Shown piece after piece: positions 46,430 to 58,963 of a stretch of 64,000 nucleotides of DNA. Source of the stretch: Mustelus asterias (lineage: Eukaryota). Both the position numbers and the translations under genes were made by a program. Location: the NCBI RefSeq assembly GCF_964213995.1, contig NC_135808.1, positions 74,462,001-74,526,000 of the forward strand, written 5' to 3'. The notes below the pieces were generated by a model that saw only the letters and a program-made list of their open reading frames with translations, ran no database searches and was not told the DNA's origin. The stretch's first letter is position 1. Every line of letters starts with the position of its first letter.

Positions 46430-49400
46430 AACATAAGAACATAAGAAATAGGAGCAGGAGTAGGCCATCTAGCCCCTCGAGCCTGCCCCGCCATTCAATA
46501 AGATCATGGCTGATCTGACGTGGATCAGTACCACTTACCCGCCTGATCCCCATAACCCTTAATTCCCTTACCGATCAGGAATCCATCCATCCGCGCTTTA
46601 AACATATTCAGCGAGGTAGCCTCCACCACCTCAGTGGGCAGAGAATTCCAGAGATTCACCACCCTCTGGGAGAAGAAGTTCCTCCTCAACTCTGTCTTAA
46701 ACCGACCCCCCTTTATTTTGAGGCTGTGTCCTCTAGTTTTAACTTCCTTACTAAGTGGAAAGAATCTCTCCGCCTCCACCCTATCCAGCCCCCGCATTAT
46801 CTTATAAGTCTCCATAAGATCCCCCCTCATCCTTCTAAACTCCAACGAGTACAAACCCAATCTCCTCAGCCTCTCCTCATAATCCAAACCCCTCATCTCC
46901 GGTATCAACCTGGTGAACCTTCTCTGCACTCCCTCCAATGCCAATATATCCTTCCTCATATAAGGGGACCAATACTGCACACAGTATTCCAGCTGCGGCC
47001 TCACCAATGCCCTGTACAGGTGCATCAAGACATCCCTGCTTTTATATTCTATCCCCTTCGCAATATAGGCCAACATCCCATTTGCCTTCTTGATCACCTG
47101 TTGTACCTGCAGACTGGGCTTTTGCGTCTCATGCACAAGGACCCCCAGGTCCCTTTGCACGGTAGCATGTTTTAATTTGTTTCCATTGAGATAGTAATCC
47201 CATTTGTTATTATTTCCTCCAAAGTGTATAACCTCGCATTTCTCAACGTTATACTCCATTTGCCATATCCTCGCCCACTCACTCAGCCTGTCCAAATCTC
47301 TCTGCAGATCTTCTCCGTCCTCCACACGATTCACTTTTCCACTTATCTTTGTGTCGTCTGCAAACTTCGTTACCCTACACTCCGTCCCCTCCTCCAGATC
47401 ATCTATATAAATGGTAAATAGTTGCGGCCCGAGTACCGATCCCTCCGGCACGCCACTAGTTACCTTCCTCCAACCGGAAAAACACCCATTTATTCCGACT
47501 CTTTGCTTCCTGTCGGATAGCCAGTCCCCAATCCACTTTAACACACTACCCCCAACTCCGTGTGCCCTAATCTTCTTCAGTAGCCTTTTATGGGGCACCT
47601 TATCAAACGCCTTTTGGAAATCCAAAAACACCGCATCCACCGGTTCTCCTCCATCAACCGCCCTAGTCACATCTTCATAAAAATCCAACATGTTCGTCAA
47701 GCACGACTTTCCCCTCATGAATCCATGCTGCGTCTGATTGATCGAACCATTTCTATCCAGATGCCCTGCTATCTCCTCTTTAATAATGGATTCCAGCATT
47801 TTCCCTACTACAGACGTTAAGCTGACCGGCCTATAGTTACCCGCCTTTTGTCTCCTTCCTTTTTTAAACAGCGGCGTAACATTAGCCGTTTTCCAATCAA
47901 CCGGCACTACCCCAGAATGCAACGAGTTTTGATAAATAATCACTAACGCATCCACTATTACCTCTGACATTTCTTTCAATACCCTGGGATGCATTCCATC
48001 CGGACCCGGGGACTTATCCACCTTCAGTCCCATTAGTCTACCCAGCACTGCCTCTCTGGTAACATTAATGGTATTAAGTATTTCTCCTGCTGCCAACCCT
48101 CTATCGTTAATATTTGGCAAACTATTTGTGTCCTCCACCGTGAAGACCGACACAAAAAACTTATTTAAAGACTCAGCCATATCCTCATTTCCCACTATTA
48201 ACTCCCCCCTCTCGTCCTCCAAGGGTCCAACATTCACTCTAGCCACTCTATTCCTTTTTATATATTTATAAAAACTTTTACTATCATTTTTTATATTAAT
48301 TGCTAGCCGAGCTTCATAGTCTATCCTTCCTTTCTTTATCGCTTTCTTAGTCTCTCTTTGTTGTTTCTTAAATTTTTCCCAATCACTTGTTTCTCCACTA
48401 TTTTTGGCCACTCTGTACGCAGCTGTTTTTATTTTAATACTCTCCTTTATTTCCTTCGTTATCCACGGCTGGTTCTCCCTTTTCTTACAATCCTTGTTTT
48501 TTGCTGGAATATATTTTTGCTGAGAACTGAAAAGGATCTCCTTAAAAATCCTCCACTGTTCCTCAGCTATCCTACCTGCCAGCCTGCTCTCCCAGTCTAC
48601 CTTAGCCAATTCATCCCTCATCCTATCATATTTCCCTCTGTTCAAACAGAGGACACTGGTTTGGGACCAAACTTTCTCCTCTTCCATCTGAATCAGAAAT
48701 TCGACCATATTGTGGTCACTAGACCCAAGAGGGTCCTTCACAATAAGATCCTTAATTCTACCTACCTCGTTACACAATACCAGATCCAAAATAGCTCGTT
48801 CCCTCGTCGGTTCCGTAACATGCTGTTCAAGGAAACTATCCCGACAGCATTCTAAGAACTCTTCCTCCATTCCACCCTTACCGACTTGAGTCTGCCAGTC
48901 AATGTGCATGTTGAAGTCCCCCATGATTATTGCCGTTCCGTTTTTACACGCATCCCTTATCTGCTTGTTTATAGCCCTCCCTACCTCAACATTATTATTT
49001 GGGGGCCTATATACCACACCTACTAGTGTCTTTCTCCCTCTACTATTCCTCATCTCTACCCATAATGATTCCACGTTTTGTTCCTCAGAGCCTATGTCAT
49101 CCCTCAGTACTACCCTGATATTATCTCTTATTAATAGCGCGACCCCACCACCTTTTCCTTCCTGTCTATTCTTCCTAAACGCCTGATACCCCTGGATATT
49201 CATCTCCCAGTCCTGGTCACCTTTCAGCCACGTTTCTGTAATGGCCACTAGATCGTACCCACTTGTGCTGATTTGCACCATCAACTCATTTACCTTGTTC
49301 CGAATGCTTCGTGCATTCAGGCAAAGTGTCCTTATTCCAGCTTTTATCTGGACCCGCTTTGATGAGTCGCGAACACCCTCTCCCTCTACTCCCTTATCTA

Positions 49401-49740
49401 AATTACCGCCTTCATTCACTTGCACTCTCTCCTCTACCATTAATTTTGTAATTCCCCTTACCCCTGCATCCTCCACCCCATCAATTAGTTCCTTGATCCT
49501 AGTCAACTCTTCTAGCTCCCCTCCCCCCAACCTATCTAGTTTAAATTCTCCCCAGTAACCTTAGCCAACCTACCGGCCAGGATATTGGTCCCCGTGTGAT
49601 TCAAGTTCCACCCGTTTTTTGTATACAGATCACCCCTGCCCCTAAAGAGGTCCCAATGGTCCAGGAACCTGAATCCCTGCCCCCTGCACCAGTCCCTCAG
49701 CCACACATTCATCTTCCACCTCACTCCATTCCTGCCCTCA
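46430..49740 (-). mobile_element. Young CR1 LINE, truncated within ORF1, ORF2 open
   Basis: (TTCTTATG)n tail; ORF1 esterase-like C-terminus 49536-~49735; flanks join to match the empty site in the H-I intron of repeat 2 (~27085); many CpGs retained. Confidence 0.95.
46525..49530 (-). CDS. CR1 ORF2: AP endonuclease plus reverse transcriptase, 1001 codons (the listed start is TTG; first ATG at MVEERV)
   Basis: LNARSI, ITETW, GDFN, SDH (APE); KSPGPDG, NYRPVSL, DFQKAFD, VPEGSVLGP, FADD (RT). Confidence 0.92.
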   Translation of the reverse strand: MGGGELEELTRIKELIDGVEDAGVRGITKLMVEERVQVNEGGNLDKGVEGEGVRDSSKRVQIKAGIRTLCLNARSIRNKVNELMVQISTSGYDLVAITETWLKGDQDWEMNIQGYQAFRKNRQEGKGGGVALLIRDNIRVVLRDDIGSEEQNVESLWVEMRNSRGRKTLVGVVYRPPNNNVEVGRAINKQIRDACKNGTAIIMGDFNMHIDWQTQVGKGGMEEEFLECCRDSFLEQHVTEPTRERAILDLVLCNEVGRIKDLIVKDPLGSSDHNMVEFLIQMEEEKVWSQTSVLCLNRGKYDRMRDELAKVDWESRLAGRIAEEQWRIFKEILFSSQQKYIPAKNKDCKKRENQPWITKEIKESIKIKTAAYRVAKNSGETSDWEKFKKQQRETKKAIKKGRIDYEARLAINIKNDSKSFYKYIKRNRVARVNVGPLEDERGELIVGNEDMAESLNKFFVSVFTVEDTNSLPNINDRGLAAGEILNTINVTREAVLGRLMGLKVDKSPGPDGMHPRVLKEMSEVIVDALVIIYQNSLHSGVVPVDWKTANVTPLFKKGRRQKAGNYRPVSLTSVVGKMLESIIKEEIAGHLDRNGSINQTQHGFMRGKSCLTNMLDFYEDVTRAVDGGEPVDAVFLDFQKAFDKVPHKRLLKKIRAHGVGGSVLKWIGDWLSDRKQRVGINGCFSGWRKVTSGVPEGSVLGPQLFTIYIDDLEEGTECRVTKFADDTKISGKVNRVEDGEDLQRDLDRLSEWARIWQMEYNVEKCEVIHFGGNNNKWDYYLNGNKLKHATVQRDLGVLVHETQKPSLQVQQVIKKANGMLAYIAKGIEYKSRDVLMHLYRALVRPQLEYCVQYWSPYMRKDILALEGVQRRFTRLIPEMRGLDYEERLRRLGLYSLEFRRMRGDLMETYKIMRGLDRVEAERFFPLSKEVKTRGHSLKIKGGRFKTELRRNFFSQRVVNLWNSLPTEVVEATSLNMFKARMDGFLIGKGIKGYGDQAGKWY

Positions 49741-50029
49741 CCTGAGTTAAAACATGAGTTAAACATTTTGGACACATAATGTACTGCAGAGCCGGGTATG
49801 TAAGGAATTGAATGCTGAACTTATTCACATCCAAGTGAACATCTAGAGAAGAAAGAAGAAAATGAACATCTGATGAAAATGTCTCATCTGATGGCCTGAG
49901 TTTGTGGCATGACATTCCCCAATGGCCATGGCACTGTTCTGCAGAATGCAAGCAGATGATTTACAGCACACACAAGAATCTCAGATGTGAGAAACCATGG
50001 AAAAAGACAGCTCATTTTTCTATATTCAC

Positions 50030-50590
50030 AAAATTACCCTTACTAGCAGATCTACACTTGTTTTACGCATCATCTGGAATACTGCATCCAGTTCTGAGAC
50101 AGATCCATACTTGAGGAAGGAAGTGAAGGCATTGCCTGGCCTATAGAGGACATTCACAGAAATGATTGCAGGGATAAGGAACTGTTGCTTTGAGGATAAA
50201 TTAGAGAGGCTAGGATAGTTTTCCTTGAAGAAAAGAAGGCTGAGAGGAGTCTTCATAGAAGTAATCAAGATCCTGAGGGGTATGGACAGGGTAAACAGTG
50301 AGAAACCATCCCCACTGAGGAGGGCATCAAGAACTAGAGGGCACAGATTCAAAATAATTGGCAAAAGGAGTAGAAGTGATGTGCGGAGAACATTTTTCAC
50401 CCAGAGGGTGGTTGGAGTCTGGAACAAACTTTCTGAGAGGTATTCAAAAGAGAATTAGATTGCTATCTGAAAAAAAAGAATGTGCAAGGTTACGGGGACA
50501 AGGTAGGGGAGTGGGACTAGGTAGAATGCTCTTTCAGAGAGCCAGTGCTGATTTAATGGACCAAATGGTTACCTCCTACACTGTAAAGTT
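50030..50590 (+). mobile_element. Decayed CR1 3' fragment
   Basis: LEYCIQF, KRRLRG, TRGHRFK, FFTQRVVGVWN. Confidence 0.8.
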
Positions 50591-50825
50591 TCAATTATTT
50601 TTACAACTTGTCTCGGGGAAATCAGCGTTACAGGACGTTTGGATGCAAATTCCCAATGTCCAGCATGTTATAGAAGCTAACATCAATTTCATAATGTCAG
50701 CATTAACAGGTTTGAGCAGAAATGAATGGGAACCGTGAAAGTACTTGACCAATGATTATGATGAAACTGCTGTTCTCATTTTAGTCAGTGCCAATAACTG
50801 ATGAGTGATGCACAGAATATACATT

Positions 50826-51530
50826 GGGCCCAGCTGCAGTGAGATGGGGCGCCTTTTTTAAAGGCTGCTCTGATCAGAGGAAAAAATAACCTCTTCTTAC
50901 CCCACCACGGAGGTCTCATGAGCTCCCCCCACCCTCACGGTCAGAGCCGGCACCTCCCCCACAAAGAATCAATGCTCGGACTCCTCCCCTTACCCCAGAA
51001 CATCACTGCCATTGGATCGCTTCCCCAAACCCCCCACCCAAACAGCCATTGCCTGCATCCCCAGTTCCCATGTCTGCTCCCACCACAAATAAATGAATCC
51101 CTCCCTCCCCCATGAGGCTCCTATGGGTGTCTGCCCTTGGCACAGGTTGGCACTGCCAGGTTGGCACTTTGAGGTTAGTACTGCCAGGTTGGCAAAGTGC
51201 CAATGGGCAGTACCAAGGGGCAGTGCCAGGTCATGTCCCTCTCCCCAGGGGTTATACTCACATTTATGCCCCAGGGGGACCCCTACGATGAGATTCACAT
51301 CTGGGTGACGTCACGCTGGCACAGTATCAATATATGGTGGGGTGTCAATATCTGCTGAGAGGGCGGATTAATAATATTTAAATATATTCAAATTCATGTA
51401 AAGCAGGCTCACGCCATTACTGGCGAGGAAGATCCGAAATTGCATTGTCATTGCCAAAAACTGCGACTTCCAGATCTTGAGCCCCTGCCGACATTCGCAC
51501 AGATGGCGAGAGCAGGCTCAAGATCGCCCC
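50826..51530. mobile_element. GC-rich non-autonomous DNA-transposon-like remnant
   Basis: Right end AAGATCGCCCC like the MITE termini above; internal GGCACTGCCAGGTT repeats and palindromes; left end uncertain. Confidence 0.4.
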
Positions 51531-51667
51531 CTTCATGATTACTTTTCCTTTCACTTTGCTGTATTAAGTTCCAATATAAGTTAGTAAATTCATCCAACCC
51601 TTTATTTATTACCGATGGTTTTATTCTGTCATTTTCCATCCATTTTAACTTCCAATTTTATTTTCAG

Positions 51668-51928
51668 TGCCTTGTGATCCACAGAATGTAGAAGTGAGAC
51701 TGGATTGTAACCTAAATACAGCTTTGGTCTTGTGGGATGACAGTAGAGGGGCGCTGTTGTACACTGCCTTTGCTGAAGGACCCGATGGGAGCATCACATC
51801 GTGCAGCACATCAGAAACATCATGTAGAACTCCCAAGTTACTCTGTGGCCAGTTATATTCTGTATATGTCATCGCGTCTGACAGCACATGTAACCAATCT
51901 CAGAGTTCAATGGTTGAACTTCAAACAG
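51668..51928 (+). CDS. FN3 exon I, repeat 3
   Basis: ttattttcag|TGCCTTGT ... CAAACAG|gtaact; 261 nt. Confidence 0.93.
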
Positions 51929-52569
51929 GTAACTCCCTATTTGACTGGCAAATACTGTATGGACGATGTAAACCAAAATGAAGGAAATCTCCAGCACGTT
52001 TTGTTAACTCGGATAGTACTGTGTTTATTGACTTACAACACTAGGCAAAAATAAAATCGACTCCATGACTCACTGTTCTTCTACTCAATGTGTATTCATG
52101 AAGCTTTACCACAAATGTATTGCTTCACATTTATCCATGTTATATTGGCTCCATTCTCTCACGATCTTCAGGGCGGTCTTTACAATTCTCATCACTGTTT
52201 GCCAAACATTTGCTTTTGTGTTGTTAACACAGTTGCTAAAGTACACGCACACACACACACGCTCCTCACCATCGCAGCCAATGCTGTGTTCACTAGCTCT
52301 TGTCTTTTGTCAGTCAACCAACTTTCTATCCACATTGCTATATTTCCTATATGCCTGAATCTTTTAAAATGAAGCCTTTGTGAAATACTTTATCAAACAC
52401 CTTATGCAAATCTCCATCCAATACATCCTCTACTATAGAAATATGGAAGAATGATGGCAGGAGTAGACTAGTGGTCCCATATTGGTTTTAGACATGGTAA
52501 TTTTGCAATTCAATGAGATCAATTAAGGATCTCACACTGAAGGATCTTCTAGGCAAAATTGGTCATAGA

Positions 52570-53960
52570 ATGATAGAGATTCACATTCAGTTTGAGGGTG
52601 AGAAACATAGGTTTGAAACTAATGTCCTAAATTTAAATAAAGGCAATAACAAATGTTGAAGACCGAATAGGCTACAGTGGACCAGGTAAATAGGTTAAAA
52701 GGTAAGACTATAGGGAATCAGTGGTACACATTTAGAGAGCTATTACATAACTCTGAACAAAGATATATTCCATCAAGAAAGAAAGACTGTAGGAGAAAGA
52801 TGCACCATCTGTTAAGAATGGTTTCAAATTGAAAGGTGTAGAATGCTACAAAGTTCAGTTGTAGACCAAAGAGATTGGGAACATCTTAGAAACCAGCAAA
52901 TTATGAGTAAAAAAAACAATAAAAAGGGAGAATTTAAAACATGTGAATAAACTAACAAAAACAGATAGTAAAAGCTTCTGCAATAATGTACAAAGGAAGG
53001 AAGCAGCTAACGTGAGCATTGGTCCTTTAGAGGGTGAGACTGGGGAATTGATAGTAGGAAACGGGGAAATTGCAGAGACTTTGAACAAGGTTTTTGGACA
53101 TTTCTTTATGGTAGATGACACAAAAATCATCCCAATAAAAATAGAAGATAGTAGATGCATTGAGTGTAATTCTGGAACGGTCCCAGTAGATTGGAAAACC
53201 ACCAATGTAACAGCTCTATTCAAGAATGGAGGGAAACAGAAAGCAGGGAACTATAAGCCAGATGGCCTAACATCTGTCATTGGAAAAATGCTGGAATCCT
53301 TGTTTAATTAAATGCCATCATGACATTTGGAAAATGTGTTCGAAAAGTTTATTAGAGTTCTTTGAAGAGATGAAGGGGAACCAGTAGATGCAGTGTGTTT
53401 GGATTTCCAAAAGGCATAGGTTTCACATTAGGTGTGGATAGATATCACACAAAATGATACTAAACAAGATACAAATTCCAGCTGTTAAGGCTGATACTTT
53501 AGAGTAGATAGATTATTGGCTAACAAACATGAAACAGAAAGTAAAGATAAATGGATCATTTTCAGGTTTACAAACTGTAACTAGTGGAATGCCACAGGGA
53601 TCAGTGCAGGGGTCTGAACAATTTCCGATCCATATTAATGACTTGGATAAAAGAACGGAGTGTAATTTAACCGAATTTGGTGATGATACAAAGGTAGGTA
53701 GGAATGAAAGTTGTGGGGAGGACACACAGAATTTTCCAGAGATATATATAGCATACCAGTGGGCACAACTTTGCAGATGGAGGATAATGTGGGGAGATGT
53801 GAGGTTGTCCATTTTGATGGGAAGAATAGAAAATCAGAATATTGTGGGGGACAGAAAAGAAAGTTGAGTTAAGGCTACAATCGGAACAACCATGATCTTA
53901 TTGAATGGTAGAGCAGACTCTAGGGGCCAAATGGCTACTCTTGCTCCTATTTTATGTTTT
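52570..53960 (+). mobile_element. Decayed CR1 ORF2 with internal deletions
   Basis: VSIGPLEGETGELIVGN, VPVDWKTTNVT, KAGNYKP, GMPQGSV, FGDDTK. Confidence 0.85.
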
Positions 53961-54283
53961 TAAATTATTTTTTAACAGCTGCAGCCATATGATCAAACAA
54001 TTTGAATGTATGAGGCGTGCAATAATTATGATTAGACCCACTTAATAGAATTGTGATAGTAAAAGTACATGGTCGTGCAGGTGATTTATATAGCAACCAG
54101 ATAACATCCTTTATTTTTGATGTCTCACTGTCCCTGCACACAGACCTTTTTGATGTTAACAGAAAGAATTCCTTGTAGACTACATTGTAAACATTCACAA
54201 ATGTAATTTCTATAAGCACAAGGGTGAATTTAAGTATAATGCTGTCTGTGCCTTTATTCATCGCGTTTCCCTGGCATCTTTAG

Positions 54284-54544
54284 CCCCTTGCAATCCCCAG
54301 ATTGTCAGTGCTTATTTGGAGTGTGAAACACACACAGCGTCAGTATTGTGGGAGCAGAGTGACGGTGCAGTGAACTACATCGCAATTGCAGAAGGAACGG
54401 AAGGAGACAAGTATTCATGCAATACAACAGAGGAAGGCTGTGATATCGTAGACCTCCCGTGTGGCCAGATGTACAATATAACAATATTAGCAATGGATAA
54501 AAGTTGTGCCAGTTTACCAAGTCCAGCTTTTGAAATTCAAACAG
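54284..54544 (+). CDS. FN3 exon A, repeat 4
   Basis: tctttag|CCCCTTGC ... CAAACAG|gtaaaa; 261 nt. Confidence 0.93.
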
Positions 54545-54728
54545 GTAAAACTTTTGGTTGTGTTTTTAAGGTTCCTAAGGAAAACCTATAATTAATATAA
54601 CATTGCAGAACAATAATGTGACATAGTGGTGTTACTATTTCCTGCAAATTTCTGTTATCACACAGCTTTACAAGTATATGTGCAGTATTAGATCTACTTG
54701 AATGAAGAATTCTTTCTTCTTTTCGCAG

Positions 54729-54989
54729 TGCCTTGTATCCCACAGAATGTGGTCGCTCACATCAACTGTGAAAGTAATAATGTGTCAGTGTTTTGGGATC
54801 CCAGTAATGGTACAGAATCATACCTTGTAACAGCCCAAGGAAACAATGATCATTGGACCTCATGCAATGCAACAGACACTGAATGTGTGATCTCAGATGT
54901 GTACTGTGGACTGAGCTACTATATAACTGTACAGGCAATCCGCATGCAATGTAACAGCTCACAAAGCTCTGCTGTTACAGTTAAAACAG
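54729..54989 (+). CDS. FN3 exon B, repeat 4
   Basis: tttcgcag|TGCCTTGT ... AAAACAG|gtaatt; 261 nt. Confidence 0.93.
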
Positions 54990-55128
54990 GTAATTCTAGA
55001 CTAGAATTTAAAACAAATTCTAAAACATATACACTTTAGTTAAATAATTGCAATTTTTCTATCTTAAAGGATGTTATGCAACTCAGTGTTTTTTCAGTAG
55101 GTAACATTTGTGAATTCTCTTTTTGCAG

Positions 55129-55383
55129 TACCATGTGTTCCACAGAATGTTGATGCTTACATGAACTGTGATGCTGGATATATGTCAGTCTCATGGGAGT
55201 TAAGTCAAGGTGCAATATCATACATTGCGACTGCTGAAGGAAGCAATGTACAACAATGCAGTGCTAATGAAACATTGTGTGACATCACTGAGCTGGACTG
55301 TGGAGAAACCTACACCATCACAGTTCGTGCACACGATGATTCATGTGACACTGCTGAAAGTCCGTCCATCACAAAGAAAACAG
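55129..55383 (+). CDS. FN3 exon C, repeat 4
   Basis: ttttgcag|TACCATGT ... AAAACAG|gtaact; 255 nt. Confidence 0.93.
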
Positions 55384-55432
55384 GTAACTAAAGAGAAGAG
55401 GATTTTTCCATATCAGGGATTGCTGCATCAAT

Positions 55433-56851
55433 GTTGTGCCTTTGTTTAAAAAGGGCTGCGGGGAAAAGCCTGGGAACTACAGGCCAGTGAGCCTCACATC
55501 TGTGGTGGGTAAGTTGTTGGAGGGTAATTTGAGAGACAGGTTCTACAGACATTTAGAGATGCAAGGACTGATTAGGGACAGTCAGCATGGCTTTGTGAGT
55601 GGAAAATCATGTCTCACAAATTTGATTGAGTTTTTTGAAGGGGTAACCAAGAAGGTAGATGAGGACAGTGTAGTTGATGTTGTCTACATGGACTTTAGCA
55701 AGGTCTTTGACAAGGTACCGCATGGTTGGTTGTTGCATAAGGTTAAATCACACGGGACCCAGGGTGAGGTATCTAAATGGATACAAAATTGGCTTCTTGA
55801 CAGAAGATAGAGGGTGGTTGTAGAAGCCTGGAGGCCTGTGACCAGAGGTGTGCCTCATGGATCAGTGCTGGGTCCACTGTTATTTGTAATCTATATTAAC
55901 AATTTGGATGAGAATATAGGAGGCATGGTTAGTAAGTTTGCAGATGACACCAAGATTGGTGGCATAGTGGACAGTGAAGAAAGTTATCTGCGATTGCAAC
56001 GGGATCTTAATCAATTGGGCCAGTGGGCTGACGAATGGCAGATGGAGTTTAATTTAGATAAATGTGAGGTGATACATTTTGGTAGATTGAACCAGGGCAG
56101 GACTTACTCAGTTAATGGTAGGGCGTTGGGGAGAGTTACAGAACAAAGAGATCTAGGGGTACCTGTTCATAGTTCTTTGAAAGTGGAGTTACAGATGGAC
56201 AGAGTGGTGAAGAAGGCATTCAGCTTGCTTGGTTTCATTGGTCAGAACATTGAATACAGGAGTTGGGACGTCTTGTTGAAGTTGTACAAGACATTGGTAA
56301 GCTCACACATGGAATACTGTGTACAGTTCTGGTCACCCTACTATAGGAAGGATATTATTAAACTAGAAAGAGTGCAGAAAAGATTTACTAGGATGCTGCC
56401 GGGATTTGATGGTTTGAGTTATAAGGAGAGGCTGGATAGACTGGGACTTTTTTCACTGGAACGTTGAAGGCTGAGGGGTGATCTTATAGAGGTCTATAAA
56501 ATAATGAGGGGCACCAATCAGCTAGATAGTCAATATCTTTTCCCAAAGGTAGGGGAGTCTAAAACTAGAGGGTATAGGTTTAAGGTGAGAGGGGAGAGAT
56601 ACAAAAGTGTCCAGAGGGGCAATTTTTTCACAGAGGGTGGTGAATGTCTGGAACAAGCTGCCAGAGGTAGTAGTAGAGGCGGGTACAATTTTGTCTTTTA
56701 AAAAGCATTTAGACAGTTACATAGGTAAGATGGGTATAGAGGGATATGGCCAAATGCAGGCATAAGCTTAGGGGTTTTAAAAAAAAGGCGGAATGGACAA
56801 GTTGGGCTGAAGGGCCTGTTTCTATGCTGGAAACCTGTATGACTCTATGAC
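55433..56851 (+). mobile_element. 5'-truncated CR1 inserted in the C-D intron of repeat 4, TCAAT duplication
   Basis: TCAAT at 55428-55432 and 56852-56856; empty site GCTGCATCAATCTCACTAACC in repeats 2 and 3; RT motifs NYRPVSL, DFSKVFD, FADD. Confidence 0.93.
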
Positions 56852-57008
56852 TCAATCTCACTAACCCTGATTTCTACACTGCCCAAATACTGTTCTCTAG
56901 AAAAACTCACAAATACATTTGCACAAAGATTTCAGTTAGATTTTAATTCCACAAAGATAAGCAGCTGCTGGTCAAGTTCTCTTCATCTGCTCTTTTCATT
57001 CTTTTCAG

Positions 57009-57269
57009 CATCGTGCATCCCACAGAATCTCGATGCCCAGCTGGATTGTAACACAAACGATGCTTCTGTGTCCTGGGGCCACACTAAAGGTGCAGTGTCG
57101 TACTCTGCAACAGCAGAGGGAAGTGATGGGCACACAGTATCATGTGATACAGCCAACAGACAGTGTCAAATAGCCAATCTACACTGTGGACAGATGTACA
57201 ATTTAACTCTGACAGCACTGGATGGTGTATGTGACACTTCACAAAGCTCTCATTTTGAATTCAGCACTG
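57009..57269 (+). CDS. FN3 exon D, repeat 4
   Basis: cttttcag|CATCGTGC ... AGCACTG|gtaagt; 261 nt. Confidence 0.93.
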
Positions 57270-57399
57270 GTAAGTCTTTTGTGTGGAATCGGGTGGTTCA
57301 AAACCGGTACAACTGATTCCCACAACAGCTTGATTTATTTAAAAGTAAAATACTGCGGATGCTGGAAATCTGAAATAACCTTTTTCAGAGTAAATGAGA

Positions 57400-57745
57400 G
57401 AGGATAGCCTAGTGGTATTGTTGCCAGACTATTAATCCAGAAACTCAGCTAATGTTCTGGAGACCTGGGTTTGAATCCCACCACAGCAGATGGTTGAATT
57501 TGAAATCAATAAATTATCTGGAATTAAAAATCTATTGATGACCGTGAAACCATTGTCAATTGTCAGAAAAACCCATCTGGTTCACTGATGTTCTTGAGGG
57601 AAGGAAATCTGCCGTCCTTACCTGGTCTGGCCTACATGTTACTCCAGAACCACAGCAATGACTCTTAACTGCCCTCGAGCAACTGGGGATGGGTAATAAA
57701 TGCTGGCCGGCCAGGGACGCCCATGTCCCACGAATGAATTCAAAG
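57400..57745 (+). mobile_element. tRNA-derived SINE (fourth family) whose tail matches the LINE 3' end at 6418-6480
   Basis: TAGCCTAGTGG A box, GGTTTGAATCC B box, tail AATAAATGCTGGCCGGCCAGGGACGCCCATGTCCCACGAATGAAT. Confidence 0.75.
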
Positions 57746-58963
57746 AAAACAATTATCCCAAAGCACTTCGTTGAGACAGGGAATATGGATATCAAGCAGG
57801 AATTGGGAGATGCTGTGATTGAAGGCAAGGTCTGAAGCGCTAAGTTTTATGCAGCATTTTGACGATAGGTAGGGAGATAGTAAATCAAATTAAATTCCAC
57901 CCAAAAATTTCATGATGGCTGAAAGCTCCGTCTCTAACACTGGAGTGGAACATGTGAGTGGCAGGAAAAAGCTGGGTGGGGGGAAAGAACAAAATATTCC
58001 AGAATCCGAAGATGAGGGGCTAAAAACCGGGATAAAGAGCTCAAGTTGTTTTCTGAAGCAGAGTGGAGTGAGGCAATGGTGAGACTTGAAGTCATACTAA
58101 AGAAAGATTGTTATTTATCTAGCATCCTTTACAACTTTAAAAGCACATAACAACCAATGAAGTATTTTTTTAATGTAGTCACTGATGTATTGTAGGAAAT
58201 GCTTTAGAGATGGTGATTGGAGAAGAGGTGTGACAGATGTTCTGTGCACGATGGAGTTTTGTAGGATGCCCCTGTGAAGAATTGCAGTGAAGTTGACAAT
58301 ATGCTGCCTATATAAACCTATTTCACTGGAATACATTTCCATTCTATGATTCTATGAAGTGGTCATGTATTGTGTTTTTTGCTACAGTTGATTCTGTGAT
58401 ATCGTGTACTTGGAAACAAATGTGAAAATGTGGATCAAACATACACATTATTCCCCTTTATGAACTATAGGCTTAATTTTCTCCCTGTTATCCTGGTCCT
58501 TGGGGAATAGTTAACCTTTTCTATCAGTTAAATGCCAAATGACCTCCAGTATAAGAGTTAAGAAGGACTATAAATACAACAGCTAAAAATGTAACTACAA
58601 CAACACATGTCCAAATAATAAAGTTTAAGTACTGAATTGTGAAAAAATGCCTTAATCTTAATACACCAGAATGGCTAAAGGTTTATTTAATTCTCAGTGA
58701 AACCAGTGCCATCTATGAGTGAAACAAAGACATTTACCTTTGAAAGAGAGATGCATCGTATTTTTAAAAATAATCTATATTTTCGCTAGTAACCATTCCA
58801 ACAGATGCAATCAAATGTGTTATTTCCCAAAAGAAAATGTTAATTAATGTAAATTTTGTTCAGGAGCACCAATATAATTACAGTGGCATTCTTGTTTTGA
58901 ATGTTTTAGATTGTCGATATTTCTTGTCCTCTCACAGCCAGTTTGTGTTTGTGTATTTCGCAG

